Positions 48,305 through 60,039 of a stretch of DNA of 64,000 bases are shown here, piece after piece. Positions within the stretch are counted from its first letter, which is position 1. Each line of letters opens with the position of its first letter. The position numbers were made by a program, and so were the translations under genes. Origin of the DNA: Mobula hypostoma (taxonomy: Eukaryota); the NCBI RefSeq assembly GCF_963921235.1, contig NC_086097.1, positions 15,872,001 to 15,936,000 of the forward strand, written 5' to 3'. Below the pieces are notes generated by a model. That model was not told where the DNA came from. It ran no database searches and was given only the letters and a program-made list of their open reading frames with translations.

Positions 48305-49641
48305 GAAACATAGAAACATAGAAACATAGAAAATAGGTGCAGGAGTAGGCCATTCGGCCCTTCGAGCCTGCACCGCCATTTATTATGATCATGGCTGATC
48401 ATCCAACTCAGAACCCCGCCCCAGCCTTCCCTCCATACCCCCTGACCCCCGTAGCCACAAGGGCCATATCTAACTCCCTCTTAAATATAGCCAATGAACT
48501 GGCCTCAACTGTTTCCTGTGGCAGAGAATTCCACAGATTCACCACTCTCTGTGTGAAGAAGTTTTTCCTAATCTCGGTCCTAAAAGGCTTCCCCTCTATC
48601 CTCAAACTGTGGCCCCTCGTTCTGGACTTCCCCAACATCGGGAACAATCTTCCTGCATCTAGCCTGTCCAATCCCTTTAGGATCTTGTACGTTTCAATCA
48701 GATCCCCCCTCAATCTTCTAAATTCCAACGAGTTCCAATAATTCCCTCATCCAAGTCATTAATATATATTGTAAACAACTGGGGTCCCAGCACTGAGCCT
48801 TGCGGTACCCCACTAGTCACTGCCTGCCATTCTTTATTCCCACTCTTTGCTTCCTGTCTGCTAACCAATTCTCTATCCACATCAATACCATACCCCCAAT
48901 ACTGTGTGCTTTAAGTTTGCACACTAACCTTCTGTGTGGGACCTTGTCAAAAGCCTTTTGAAAATCCAAATATACCACATCTACTGGTTCTCCCCTATCC
49001 ACTCTACTAGTTACATCCTCAAAAAATTCTATGAGATTCGTCAGACATGATTTTCCTTTCACAAATCCATGCTGAACTTTGTCCGATGATTTCACCGCTT
49101 TCCAAATATGCTGTCATCACATCTTTGATAACTGACTCCAGCAGTTTCTCCACCACTGACGTTAGGCTAACCGGTCTATAATTCCCCGGTTTCTCTCTCC
49201 CTCCTTTTTTAAAAAGTGGGGTTACATTAGCCACCCTCCAATCCTCAGGAACTAGTCCAGAATCTAACGAGTTTTGAAAAATTATCACTAATGCATCCAC
49301 TATTTCTTGGGCTACTTCCTTAAGCACTCTGGGGTGCAGACCATCTGGCCCTGGGGATTTATCTGCCTTTAATCCCTTCAATTTACCTAACACCACTTCC
49401 CTACTAACATGTATTTCGCTCAGTTCCTTCATCTCACTGGACCCTCTGCCCCTACTATTTTGGGAAGGTTATTTATGTCCTCCTTAGTGAAGACAGACCA
49501 AAGTAATTATTCAATTGGTCTGCCATGTCCTTGCTCCCCATAATCAATTCACCTGTTTCTGTCTGTAGGGGACCTACATTTGTCTTTACCAGTCTTTTCC
49601 TTTTTACATATCTATAAAAGCTTTTACAGTCAGTTTTTATG
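48305..49641 (-). mobile_element. Young-looking CR1 copy with internal deletions
   Basis: 'KSPGPDGLHPRVLKE...VPEDWRVANVTPLFKKG.REKPGNYRPVSLTSVV'. CpG retained. (TTTCTATG)n tail. Confidence 0.92.
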
Positions 49642-50513
49642 TAGATCCCTACTGCTTAATTACGATAGGTTCTTTAACGTTTTGTATATTGAAGTGCTCA
49701 AATACAGAATGATTTGCAGGAAAGCTTCGATTGTGCAGGGAATTAGCTATTTTAACAGTTGGCAGAAATCCAGATAAGTATTAACTTGAAAGAATGGTGC
49801 AGACAAAGGATCAACAGCAAATGAAACACAACTTGCCAATGCCTGGGATAACATGGCAAACTGTGACAGACAAAGGGGGATAGTACCAGGATGTCTGGAT
49901 TTAAAGGTCAATGTGAGAGACAACCATGAAAGGACAGATAATTGATGTTGGTGAGAGTTGAGCAGGAAGGCAAAGGGAGTTTTGACAAGGGAATTAATGA
50001 AAACTGAGCCCCTCCTTATTTGACTTATGAATTAAAAAAAGTGAAGGCTAGGAAAAATGTAGCTGGAAAAGATAGCTTATTATCCAGAAGAGAAGCTAAA
50101 AGATTTTGGAGAAAATAATTGTCGATGTTTCCGGTTGTAACATTGCACCAGGTCACCACAGATTCTGAATCCCTCCATCAGATTGTGCTGTTCCAGATTC
50201 CAGCATCTGTAGTCTCTTGCTTTCAAAACCCAAGAGATGTTCCTCTCCCATATGTCTCCTGTGCACACATCTCCACTGAGATCCTCTCAAACAGCATGGC
50301 CAGAATTGAGGGATTCTGTCCATATTGTGCTCTCACAGCCTGGTGAGAGGGCGAAGGCAGGTACAGTTTGGGTCACCCAGATAAAGCATCTCAAAGCTGT
50401 GGGATTGGCTGTGAGCAAGAACATGTCCTCAATAAAATGAGGTTGTGTGTGCACTACTCAAAACCCAGTGACATTGAAAGGATCTTTGTGATATAATAAT
50501 AACTTATTTATAG

Positions 50514-51172
50514 CGACACACACAGAATACTGGAGGAACTCAGCAGGTCAGGCAGCATCTAAGTAAAAGAATAGATAGTTGACATTTCGGCTGGAGACCA
50601 TTCTTCGGTCCTGAAGAAGGGTCTCTGCCTGAAACATCAGCTAACTATTCATTTCCATTCAACACACACAAAATGCTGGAGGAACTCAGCAGGCCAGTCA
50701 ACATCCATGGAAAAGAGTTTTGGGTTGAGACTTTTCGTCGGGACTGGAATGAAAAAAAAATGAGAAGTCAGAATTAGAAGGTGGGGGAGGGGAGAAAGAA
50801 ACATAAGGTGAAACTGGGAATGGGGCAGGGGTGAAGTAAAGAGCTGGGAAGTTAATTGATGAAAGAGATACAGGGCTGGAGAAGGAGAAATCTCATAGGA
50901 GAGGGCAAGAGGCCATGGAAGAAAGAAAAGGGGGATGGGAGGAGCACCAAAGGGAGGCAATGGGCAGGTAAGGAGAGAAGGCGAGAGGGAAAAGGGAATG
51001 GTAAAGGGGGGTATTATTGGAAGTCAGAGAAAACTGATATTCATTAGTTTGGAGGCTACCTAGACAGAATATAAGGTGTATTCATTTCCATAGATGCTGC
51101 CTAGCCTGCTGAGTTCCTCCAGTAATTTTTTTGTGTGTTGCTTTGGATTTCCAGCATCTGCAGACTTTCTCA
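50514..51172. mobile_element. PLE hairpin insertion containing a second PLE fragment (50659-51078, minus)
   Basis: Inner TSD TATTCATTTCCAT at 50646-50658 and 51079-51091. The outer element interrupts an L2-like tail. Confidence 0.82.
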
Positions 51173-51699
51173 AACTAGTTATAGAGCACTTTTCACACAG
51201 ACATGTAATTCAAAGTGCTTAACTATGAGATAAAGTACAAACATGAAAATAAAAGACAAAAAAGTTTAGTTAAAAGCGAAGTTAAATAAATAGGTTTTGT
51301 GCTGGTTTTTAAAAGTGTCAGCTGATTCCACACCCTTTACAGTTTTAGGTATTGAATTCCACAGTTTAGGAATGTAGTTCTAAAAAGCTGATCTGCCAAT
51401 TACCTTTTGGGGGAGATTATTTAAATTGAAGAGACCAGTGGAAGAAGACTTGAGAGCTCGAGCAGGATTATCAACACGAAAGTGACTCTGTGATGAGATA
51501 TGGCTTTTTAGTAGAAGGGTGTGTAGGAAAGATCTGCAGCTCAGATTTTAAAAATCTTTTTGAAAGCTTCCTTAAAAACAACTGTTGCAAGAGAAATCCA
51601 ATTTGGTCAGTTTAGAGAGTCATAGGAATAGGCCCTTTGGCCCATCTGAACTGAAGAAAGTAGAAGTTTCTTTTAAAGCTGATGGTAATCTTGCAGTTA

Positions 51700-52193
51700 T
51701 ATGTGTATTGCAGTTATATGGTATGGCAATGGTCCCATATTGGACCGCAAAGCACTCCAGCGTGTGGTGAAAACTGCCCGGCGGATTATCGGCACCCAGT
51801 TGCCCACCATTGAGAACATCTACCATAAGCACTGCCTGGGCAGGGCGAAAAGCATTTTCAAGGATGCATCTCATCCTAACCATGGACTTTTCACTCTCCT
51901 CCTATCCGGTAGGCGCTACAGGAGCCTCCACTCCCGCACCAGCAGGCATAGGAAGAGCTTCTTCCCTGAGGCTGTGACCCTGCCGAACCTCACATCACAG
52001 CGCAAAGCAGTATTGCACCCATATTGTACTGTCTCAGTACTTTTATATTTGTGTGCTGTAGCACTTGCTTTTTATTCGCAGTTATTTTGTAAATAACACT
52101 CTTCTTTCCATTTCTGGTTAGGTGCTAACTGCATTTCATTGGCTTTGTATCTGTACTCGGCACAATGATAATAAAGTTGAATCTAATCTAATC
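51700..52193 (+). mobile_element. Rex1/Babar-like LINE 3' end
   Basis: ORF 51701-52096 'WYGN....RKALQRVVKTA.RIIG..LP.....Y...C..RA..I.KD.SHP.H.LF.LL.SGRRYRS'. Tail ataaagttg(aatct)n. Confidence 0.88.
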
Positions 52194-52893
52194 GCTAGGG
52201 CACCATGGTAGTATAGCAGTTAGCTCGACACTATTATAGCTCCGGCATTCTGGAGTTCAGAGTTCAATTCCAGCATTCTCTGTAAGGAGTTTATACGATC
52301 TCCCTGCGATTGTGTGGGTTTCCTCTGGGTGCTCCAGTTTCCTACAATTCTCCAAAGATAAACGGCACAGGTTTAAGGTGCTTGGATGTAGGTACAGAGG
52401 AGATGTCGGGGGTAAGTTTTTTTACACAGAGTGGTGAGTGCGTGGAATGGGCTGCCAGCAACGGTGGTGGAGGCAGATACGATAGGGTCTTTTAAGAGGC
52501 TTCTGGACAGGTACATAGAACTCTGAAAAATAGAGGGCTATGGGTAACCCTAAAGTAACCCTACTGGGTAATTTCTAAAGTAAGTATGTGATTGGCACAG
52601 CATTGAGGGCTGAAGGGCCTGTATTGTGCTGTAGGTTTTCTGTGTTTCTATGTACCGGTTGGTAGGTTAATTGATCATTGTAAATTGTTCTGTGTTTAGG
52701 CTCGTGCTAAATAGATGGGTTGCTAGGCAGAGCAGCTCGTTGTGCTGGAAGGGCCTGTTGCACACTGTACCTCTAACTAAAATCAGTAAATAATTTTCTT
52801 TAACAGGAATGAAAACAACCTTGTAATAGCAATGCAGAGTTGTATTTGCCTGACCCAAGTGCCTTATTTTTATTGCATTTAAATTATTTGTAG

Positions 52894-53001
52894 GTGGTGA
52901 TCGGTTGGGACAGCACTGGATTGGCTTTGGAACAGTGGCAGGATGCAAGCTCCAACCCAGAGAAAGTTGTTATCAACTGGCACAATCTGAGTCTCACCTG
53001 A
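52894..53001 (+). CDS. TC2N: TC2N terminal coding exon
   Basis: attatttgtag| then VVIGWDSTGLALEQWQDASSNPEKVVINWHNLSLT-TGA. Contains the C-terminal WHxL motif of synaptotagmin-type tandem C2 proteins and is followed by repeat-poor AT-rich sequence (3'UTR-like). Confidence 0.95.
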   Translation: MVIGWDSTGLALEQWQDASSNPEKVVINWHNLSLT

Positions 53002-53626
53002 AGTTGCCACACCAAGCCAGACTGTAACTTTACTGGTCAGACTGGACTGGAATATTATTGAATTGTGTCTTTTATAAGTAGATTCACAGGAAACATTAAT
53101 ATGATAATACTGTGTTCTTAATTTGGAAAACCTGACACTGTTCAAGCATGGAATATATATAAAAAATGTTGAAGCATACAACAGGTTGTGTTTGAAATTT
53201 CCCAATGATTTGGGATAGTGATTTCCTAAGCCTCTGTACTGTCTTAACTGGCTTGTAATGTGTTCCACATGGTAGTACATAAAGTTATTATATTTGCTCT
53301 AGTCTCTTTTGTTTCATGGTCATCAGGTAGTAAAACTTTTCTTCATGTGTTATGCCAATTGATTAACATCAAATATCAATAATGTTCTGATTTAAATTCA
53401 GTGTATTTAATAGAGGACTGTTCCAGTTTGTCTGTTAGCGTGTATTTATAAGTAGTGGCTTTGAAAAGGCATCTTTAATTTGAGTTAATAGTCCTGAGTT
53501 TTCTCTTTTTAGTACAACTTGGGCATTTATTGCATGACCCCAGTGTGCTGGAGATGAAAAACTTGAAATTTATTAATGAAGGATTAAAAAATCTCCATGT
53601 TGTGAATGAGGAAGATGCCTTGCATC

Positions 53627-53632
53627 AATAAA
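53627..53632 (+). terminator. Candidate polyadenylation signal of TC2N
   Basis: AATAAA ~625 nt after the stop codon. A second AATAAA at 55218-55223 is an alternative. Usage cannot be shown from sequence. Confidence 0.4.
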
Positions 53633-54821
53633 ATGTCAGCCTTATTGAGATATTAGCACATTGACTCTAAATAGAAAATGAAGTTTTGAGAACACCATAC
53701 CCTCTAAATTGTTATAGCCATAGTCTTGTAAGTAAAGTAGGAATTTCTTTTTAACCTGATGGTGTATCTTTCTGAAGCTTCCCCCCCCCCATTACATAAG
53801 CCCTTTAGTTTTTTTATACCAGCTATTGAGGGTGATGTTTCTGAATTTGTTATTTATATTAATCTGTATGTTTTATGTTCAAGCTGCTCTACAGAATATA
53901 TTACTGGATTTTCTTGGTTTTTGGATAAGATAATTTAACTTATACTTACACTTGCTTCCACACCAGACCACCCTCCTCGTGAGCAGTGCAACTCTAGTAG
54001 ATGGAATTCAGTAATAAGCATAGAAGATATTGATACACTACGATAGGGTTGACTTAGTTACTGCCCGTTATGCTGCTGATGTTTAGAGCAGCAATGAAGG
54101 TCCTCCATCTCCTGTCTGTCCATGTCATCACACAAACTATAGAAGGACTCTTCATTGCCGTTTCTGTAACTTTTTTTTAACCATTCAGGGTTGTTCGCCC
54201 TGACCCGAGCCCCTGAACCTGGAGGACCAATAGACCACTCTTAGTCTGACCTCTATCTACCCTTTGACCTGTTTGGCATGGGTGACCCTACCAAGAGCCA
54301 AAGCACTAGGCCCTGTCTCTAGCCAATACACCATAGCTCTCCAGGTCATTGAGGCATGCAAACCTCCAAATCCTATGACAAGGTTGTGGTCCTGTTGCTG
54401 TGAGCTCAACTTAAATATGTGCTGCTTCATACTACTGCACATCCATTAAAACTATTTATTCGCAAATGGAAAATTTCAACTAGATTACTTCAAATTGATT
54501 AATTTTTCCTCTAATAATGACAGTACATCCTGTTTACAAACCTTTCCTTTCATATCTTTGAGCCTGTGAGGTATATGTCCTGAATTTACGAAGTTAACAG
54601 ACCTGCAATACATTCCATCCAGCTTTTTGATTTATGAAATTTCACTCACTGAAACATGTTGCAAGAATGTGTGAAACGAAAAATGGTTGTAATTTGATTT
54701 GCAGTAAATATTCCTCAGGTGTAATTAGCTTGAAAAGCAATTCCCATCTCAAAGGAAAGGGGGAGGAACCTCAATATTAAGGTTTGGTGTTTGTAATCTC
54801 TTTTTTGTGATAGAAAGTAGC

Positions 54822-55063
54822 TATAGTACTGTGTAAATGTCTTAAGCACATGGCTAGGGTGCCTAAGACATTGCACAGTACTGTATATTATGTCTTTCCA
54901 GTTAGCAAATAACATTTAATACTACTGAGCTAATACAAAGCTAAGTATTCTTATTTCTGTTTCCCAACCATCTTCCTATTTTTACCAATATACAGTACTG
55001 TGCAAAAGTCTTAAGGACCCTAGCTATATATATGTATGCCCTAGACTTTTTCACAGTATTGTA
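54822..55063. mobile_element. Two Tc1-derived mini-palindromes (54822-54885, 54991-55063)
   Basis: TA-CAGTACTGTGCAAAAGTCTT...AGACTTTT.CACAGTA.TG-TA, 64 and 73 bp. Confidence 0.75.
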
Positions 55064-58000
55064 TGTTTACAATCATCCTTTTAAAACTGGATAATGAGAA
55101 CTTAAGAAATCTAAGTAGGCCCCTTATGCCTTTTAAATGTTATCATGTCTGATCCTTTACCTCAGTGCCACAATCCTGCACTGATTCCATAGTCATTGAT
55201 GTCTGATTAATATTAGCAATAAATCTCTGGGCAATTTCTGCTTTGGCCCACCTCTTAGCTAGCTCACTTGGTCTTCATAGGCAATTTAATGTGAAAATCT
55301 ACAAAGCTTATGTCACATGTGACAAGTTTACCTCATGTCTAAATGATTGGCCAAGATCAACACGGTGATATTTGTCTATCGGGTGCGTGACTGTCATGTT
55401 CTACAGCTGGAAACTGGGTCACGTGCTGTGCAGAAGCACAGACTTTTCAGAAAATTCCTTAGAACAAACAATATGATCTTTGAGAGAATGGGCTGTACAT
55501 CACTGTCTGGGCCATGTGGGGAAGAAGAGTGTGTTGTATCCACTAAAAGCGTCTGCAGCATCCTAATAACTTAAGTATTTGCTTTCCAGTCATTGAAGTA
55601 AAGCCACTAATTAAAGTAGAAAACATGACCACATTAAAATACAAATTACTGTGCGGGGCAGTCTGCTTAAAAAGTGACCAACTGAGTAAAACATTCATGA
55701 AGATAATGTTCCACAACTACCTAATAATTTCCTGTTGCATGTCTCACGCACTTCTCAGCCTCAAACTGTTCAATTTCAGACGGTGCATAATCCCAGTAGT
55801 TTAAAGAAGGGGTTCCCAACCCAGAATCCACAGACCTCTTGCTTAATAATATTGGTCCATGGCATAAAAAAGGTTAGGAATCCCCACCATATACTTTCCT
55901 CTGATCACTTTAAAATTATGCCCCACTGTATTGGCTATTTCTGCCCTGGGAAAAAGGTCTCTGGCTATCCACTCGATCTAAGCCTCTTATCTTGTACACC
56001 TCCACCAAGTTACCTCACACGCTCTTTTGCTCCAAAGAGAAAAGCCCTAGCTCACTCAAACCAGCTTACTCATAAGTCTTGCAATAATTTCTAGTGGTAA
56101 CATTCATCAACTCTCTCTGACTTTTCGCAGGTCTTTTTCTACAAGCTGTTTCAAATATCTTGATTGCACCTGTGTTAATGGAGATTAGAGCAATGCCTTA
56201 CATTAATAGCAAGGTTTGAGTGAATGATCTTCCCTTCTTCCTCCAGCTTTTCAAATGGGCAGAAAACAAAATCCTGAAAGGGCTCTTTTCACTTACGTGC
56301 AGTTTTTCAGATGATGATCCTGTATTATTTTGTACTGAACCTCCTCTAGAATCTCATCCATATTCCTTCTATTTGGTGCAATGGTTTGTAGCTAGGTGTT
56401 TGGAAATGCACCTCCTTTTGGCCCATTTAGTTGCAACATCATTAAAAGACCTATTCTCGCTACATTGATGCAGATAGTATATTGAACAGCTTGGGAACAG
56501 GTCCTTTGGCTCACCATATCCACGCCACTTTAAACTAATCCTATTTTCCGGTACACGGTCTATAACCCTCCATTCCCTACCTGTTGCCATGCCTATCTAA
56601 ATACCTTGTAAACATTGCTATGTATCTGCCCCTCTGGTTAGCTTGTTCCAACCACCTACCACTCTGCATAAAACAAAATTTGCCTCGTACATTCATTTAA
56701 ACATTTCCCCTCTCACTGTAATTCTATGCCCTCTAGAATTTGACATTTCCATCCCGAGGGAGAAAGACTGTCTACCTTACATATATCCTTCATAACTGTG
56801 TACATTCTCTCAGCTCCAGAGAAAACAATTCCAATTTATCCAACCTCTTCTTGTAGAGTAGTGAATACTCTCTAATCCAGGCGGTATCCTGGCAAATCTC
56901 TTCTGCACCCTCTCCAGTGCCTCCACATCCTTCCAGTAATGTGGCAACCTGAGCTGCACACAATACTCTGAATATGAACTTAACCAAAGCTATATACACC
57001 TGCAAAGTGACTTGCCAACTTCTATATTCAGTGCCCTGACCAATGAAAGGTGTATTTGTTACATGCTTTCGTTACCACCCTATCTACTTTAGTTGTCACT
57101 TTTGGGAAGCCCCAGATTGCACCTCAAGATCCCGCTGTATGCCATTGTACCCAAGGATCTTGCAATCCTCAGAGTTATGGGTGAATCTCCATTCTGTATG
57201 ATGTTCTGTCACCCTCCCTCTAGTCAAACAACCTGCATTGATTAATTGCTCAATGCCTAAGAAACACACACAAAGTGCTGGAGGAACACAGCAAGCCAAG
57301 CAGCATCTGTGGAAATAATCCAACAGTCGATGTTAGGAGCTGAGACACTTCATCAGTATTCTTGATCCAGATTAGGTGAACTATTTTATCAGGACATCTT
57401 GCATCCCTCTGTCTGGCCTGCTGAGTTTGTCCAGCATTTTGTGTGTGTTGCTTGGATTTCCTTCTCTTGCTTGTGGCCGCATTGCCCTAATACTTGATTG
57501 AGTTATGATTTGAAAATGTCAGTTCACCTTGTTTGGCACCATTGTGTTTCTGTGGCCCCAGGTACGTGTGGTTGGCATTATCTCATTTCCCTGCTTGTTT
57601 CTATTTGCTGCCTAGGAACCATGTTGCTCCATCAAACCTTCCTGTCTGGTAAAGTCAACATTTTAACTGGCAGCCTAATTTATTTTTTCACTCTACCCCT
57701 GATTATATTTTTTTCCCTTTCACTACAGATATAAAGCAGAAGAGTCCCAACCCAGGGTCCACAGACCCCTCAGTTAATGGTAGGGGTCCATGGCATAAAA
57801 AAATGTTAGGAACCCCTGAAATAAAGGTACCTTGATATGGCATTAGAGGGACCACATTTTAGCTTAGAGATACACAGGATCTATGATGGGGGGTGGGGTG
57901 GAATTCTCGTGCTGCTCAGAATCTAGGATTGATATACTCTATGCAAGGATGACAATTGGGAAACTCATGATCCAGAGCAACACATACAAAATACTCGAAG

Positions 58001-59464
58001 AACTCAGCAGGTCAGGCAGCATTTATGGAAATAATAAACAGTCAACATTACAGGCTGAGACACTGCATCAGCATTCTTGATCCAGATTAGGTGAACTATT
58101 TTATCTATTTTAACTATTTTATTACATCCCTCTGTCAGAACCTTAATATTTTTTCCATGTTCAAGTTGCACAGTTTTTGCCACATTAATGATCACAAAGC
58201 AGCAAGAGCTTTGAGATGAGTGAAATACCCACCCCATTAACTACACCACGCTCCCCACAACCACCATTCCAGTGATTGCAGTTTTAGTCCAGTGTTCAGT
58301 CTCTTAGAACAAGTGATTTAAAACTTTTGACAAGTGATCTGAATTACAAAGTATGCACCTAACTTCTTGCCTGGTAATCCAACTGCAGTGCACTGTTGTT
58401 TATACTGTTGTGTAATTCTAAAACTATTTAAATTTATTCCAAAATGAATCATAAAAATAACTGCTTCCAGGTAATTTCATCACTCAGAAGATTAGATAGA
58501 ACTGCAATCCTGTCATACTTGTAAACCTAATCCAATTTCCTCATCAGATGTAAATCATGCCATTTCATTTTCAACTTCCTTAGTGGAACTTTTCAGAAAG
58601 CAATTACTGGCATATACCTTTCCCCCACCCTGGAGCGCCATGGTAGCATAGCAGTTAGTGTGATGCTATTGCAGCCCAGGATGTTGGAGTTCAGAGTTCA
58701 ATTCTGGCATCCTCTGTAAGAAAGCTTAGACGTTCTTTCTGTGCGCATGTGGGTCTCTTCTATATTCTCCCACAGTCCACAGACCTATGGATTGACAGGT
58801 TATTGGAAATTGTCCTGTGATTAGGCTAGGGTTAAATCAGCAGGTTGCCGGGCAGTGCGGCTCAGCTGCCTGGGAGGTCCTGTTTTGCGCTGTATCTCTA
58901 AATAAATAAATACATATACCCATGAATCATGCAAGTAATCACCATTCGCCCACCCCAGCAGGTGATCACCCAGCCTTCAGTCTTCCGATCACTCACAACA
59001 AACTTTCTGTTTCAGATTTTAGCCGGAATGTTTAAGTGTATTTGTGGATTGTGGGAACATTTACTAGTGGAGTGATAGTACATTTGATAGTTGGTACCTA
59101 AGGTTTTAAAGGTTTAAGGCACCATGACAATGGATTTCAGTTAAATTTCATCTTTGTCATCATTGATTCAACCTGGTGAGCTCCAAAGTTTACCTTGTAG
59201 CACCATAAGCTTCTAGGGAAAAGAATACCTCTTTACATGTTGATCTTATCTTGTGTAAATGTCAGTGTTTAATTAGTGAAAAATAAATATCTAATTGCAT
59301 TTATTTGCACTCTGGTTTTTATGTGATGGAAATCTATAGGAAATTATGCACTGTTTTAGTGAAAACAATCTCTGGAAGCTGACTACTTGATTACAGTCTC
59401 TAACCTCCTCACTATTCTCCGGAAATGGACAAGACAAAATGTGAGGACTAGGTTTGGAGCAATT

Positions 59465-60035
59465 AGCAACACACACAAAATGCTGGAGGAACTTAGCAGG
59501 CCAGGCAGCATCTATGGAAAAGAGCAAACAGTCAATGTTTTGGCCAATACCCTTCATGAGTACTGCAGAAAAAAGATGAGAAGTCGGAGTAAGAAGGTGG
59601 GGGAGGGGAGGAAGAAATACAAGGTAGTAGGTAATTGTTGAAACCAGGTGGGGAGCGTGAAGTAAAGAGTTAGGAAGTCAATTGGTGAATGAGATAAAGG
59701 GATGGAAAAGGAGGAATCTGATAGAAGAGGACTTTAGTCTATGGAAGAAAAGGAAGGGGAGGAGCACCTGAGGGAGGTGATGGGCAGGTAAAGAGATAAG
59801 GAGAGAGAGGGAAATAGGAATGGGGAATGGTGAAGGAGACCATTACTGGAAGTTTGAAAAATCGATGTTCATGCCATTAATTAGGAGGCTACCCAGATGA
59901 AATATAACGTGTTGCTCCTCCACCCTGAGTGTGGGCTCATCATGGCAGTAGAGGAGACCATGGACTGTCATGTCAGAATGGGGATGGGAAGTGGAATTAA
60001 AATGGGTGGCCATTGGCAGATCCCACTTTTTCAAG
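59465..60035 (-). mobile_element. PLE 3' fragment (end of GIY-YIG + pLTR)
   Basis: ORF 59843-60034 'DLP.ATHFNSTSH.HSDM.VHGLLYC.DE.TLR.EEQH.IF.LGSL...GMNIDFSNF'. Confidence 0.88.
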
Positions 60036-60039
60036 TGGA

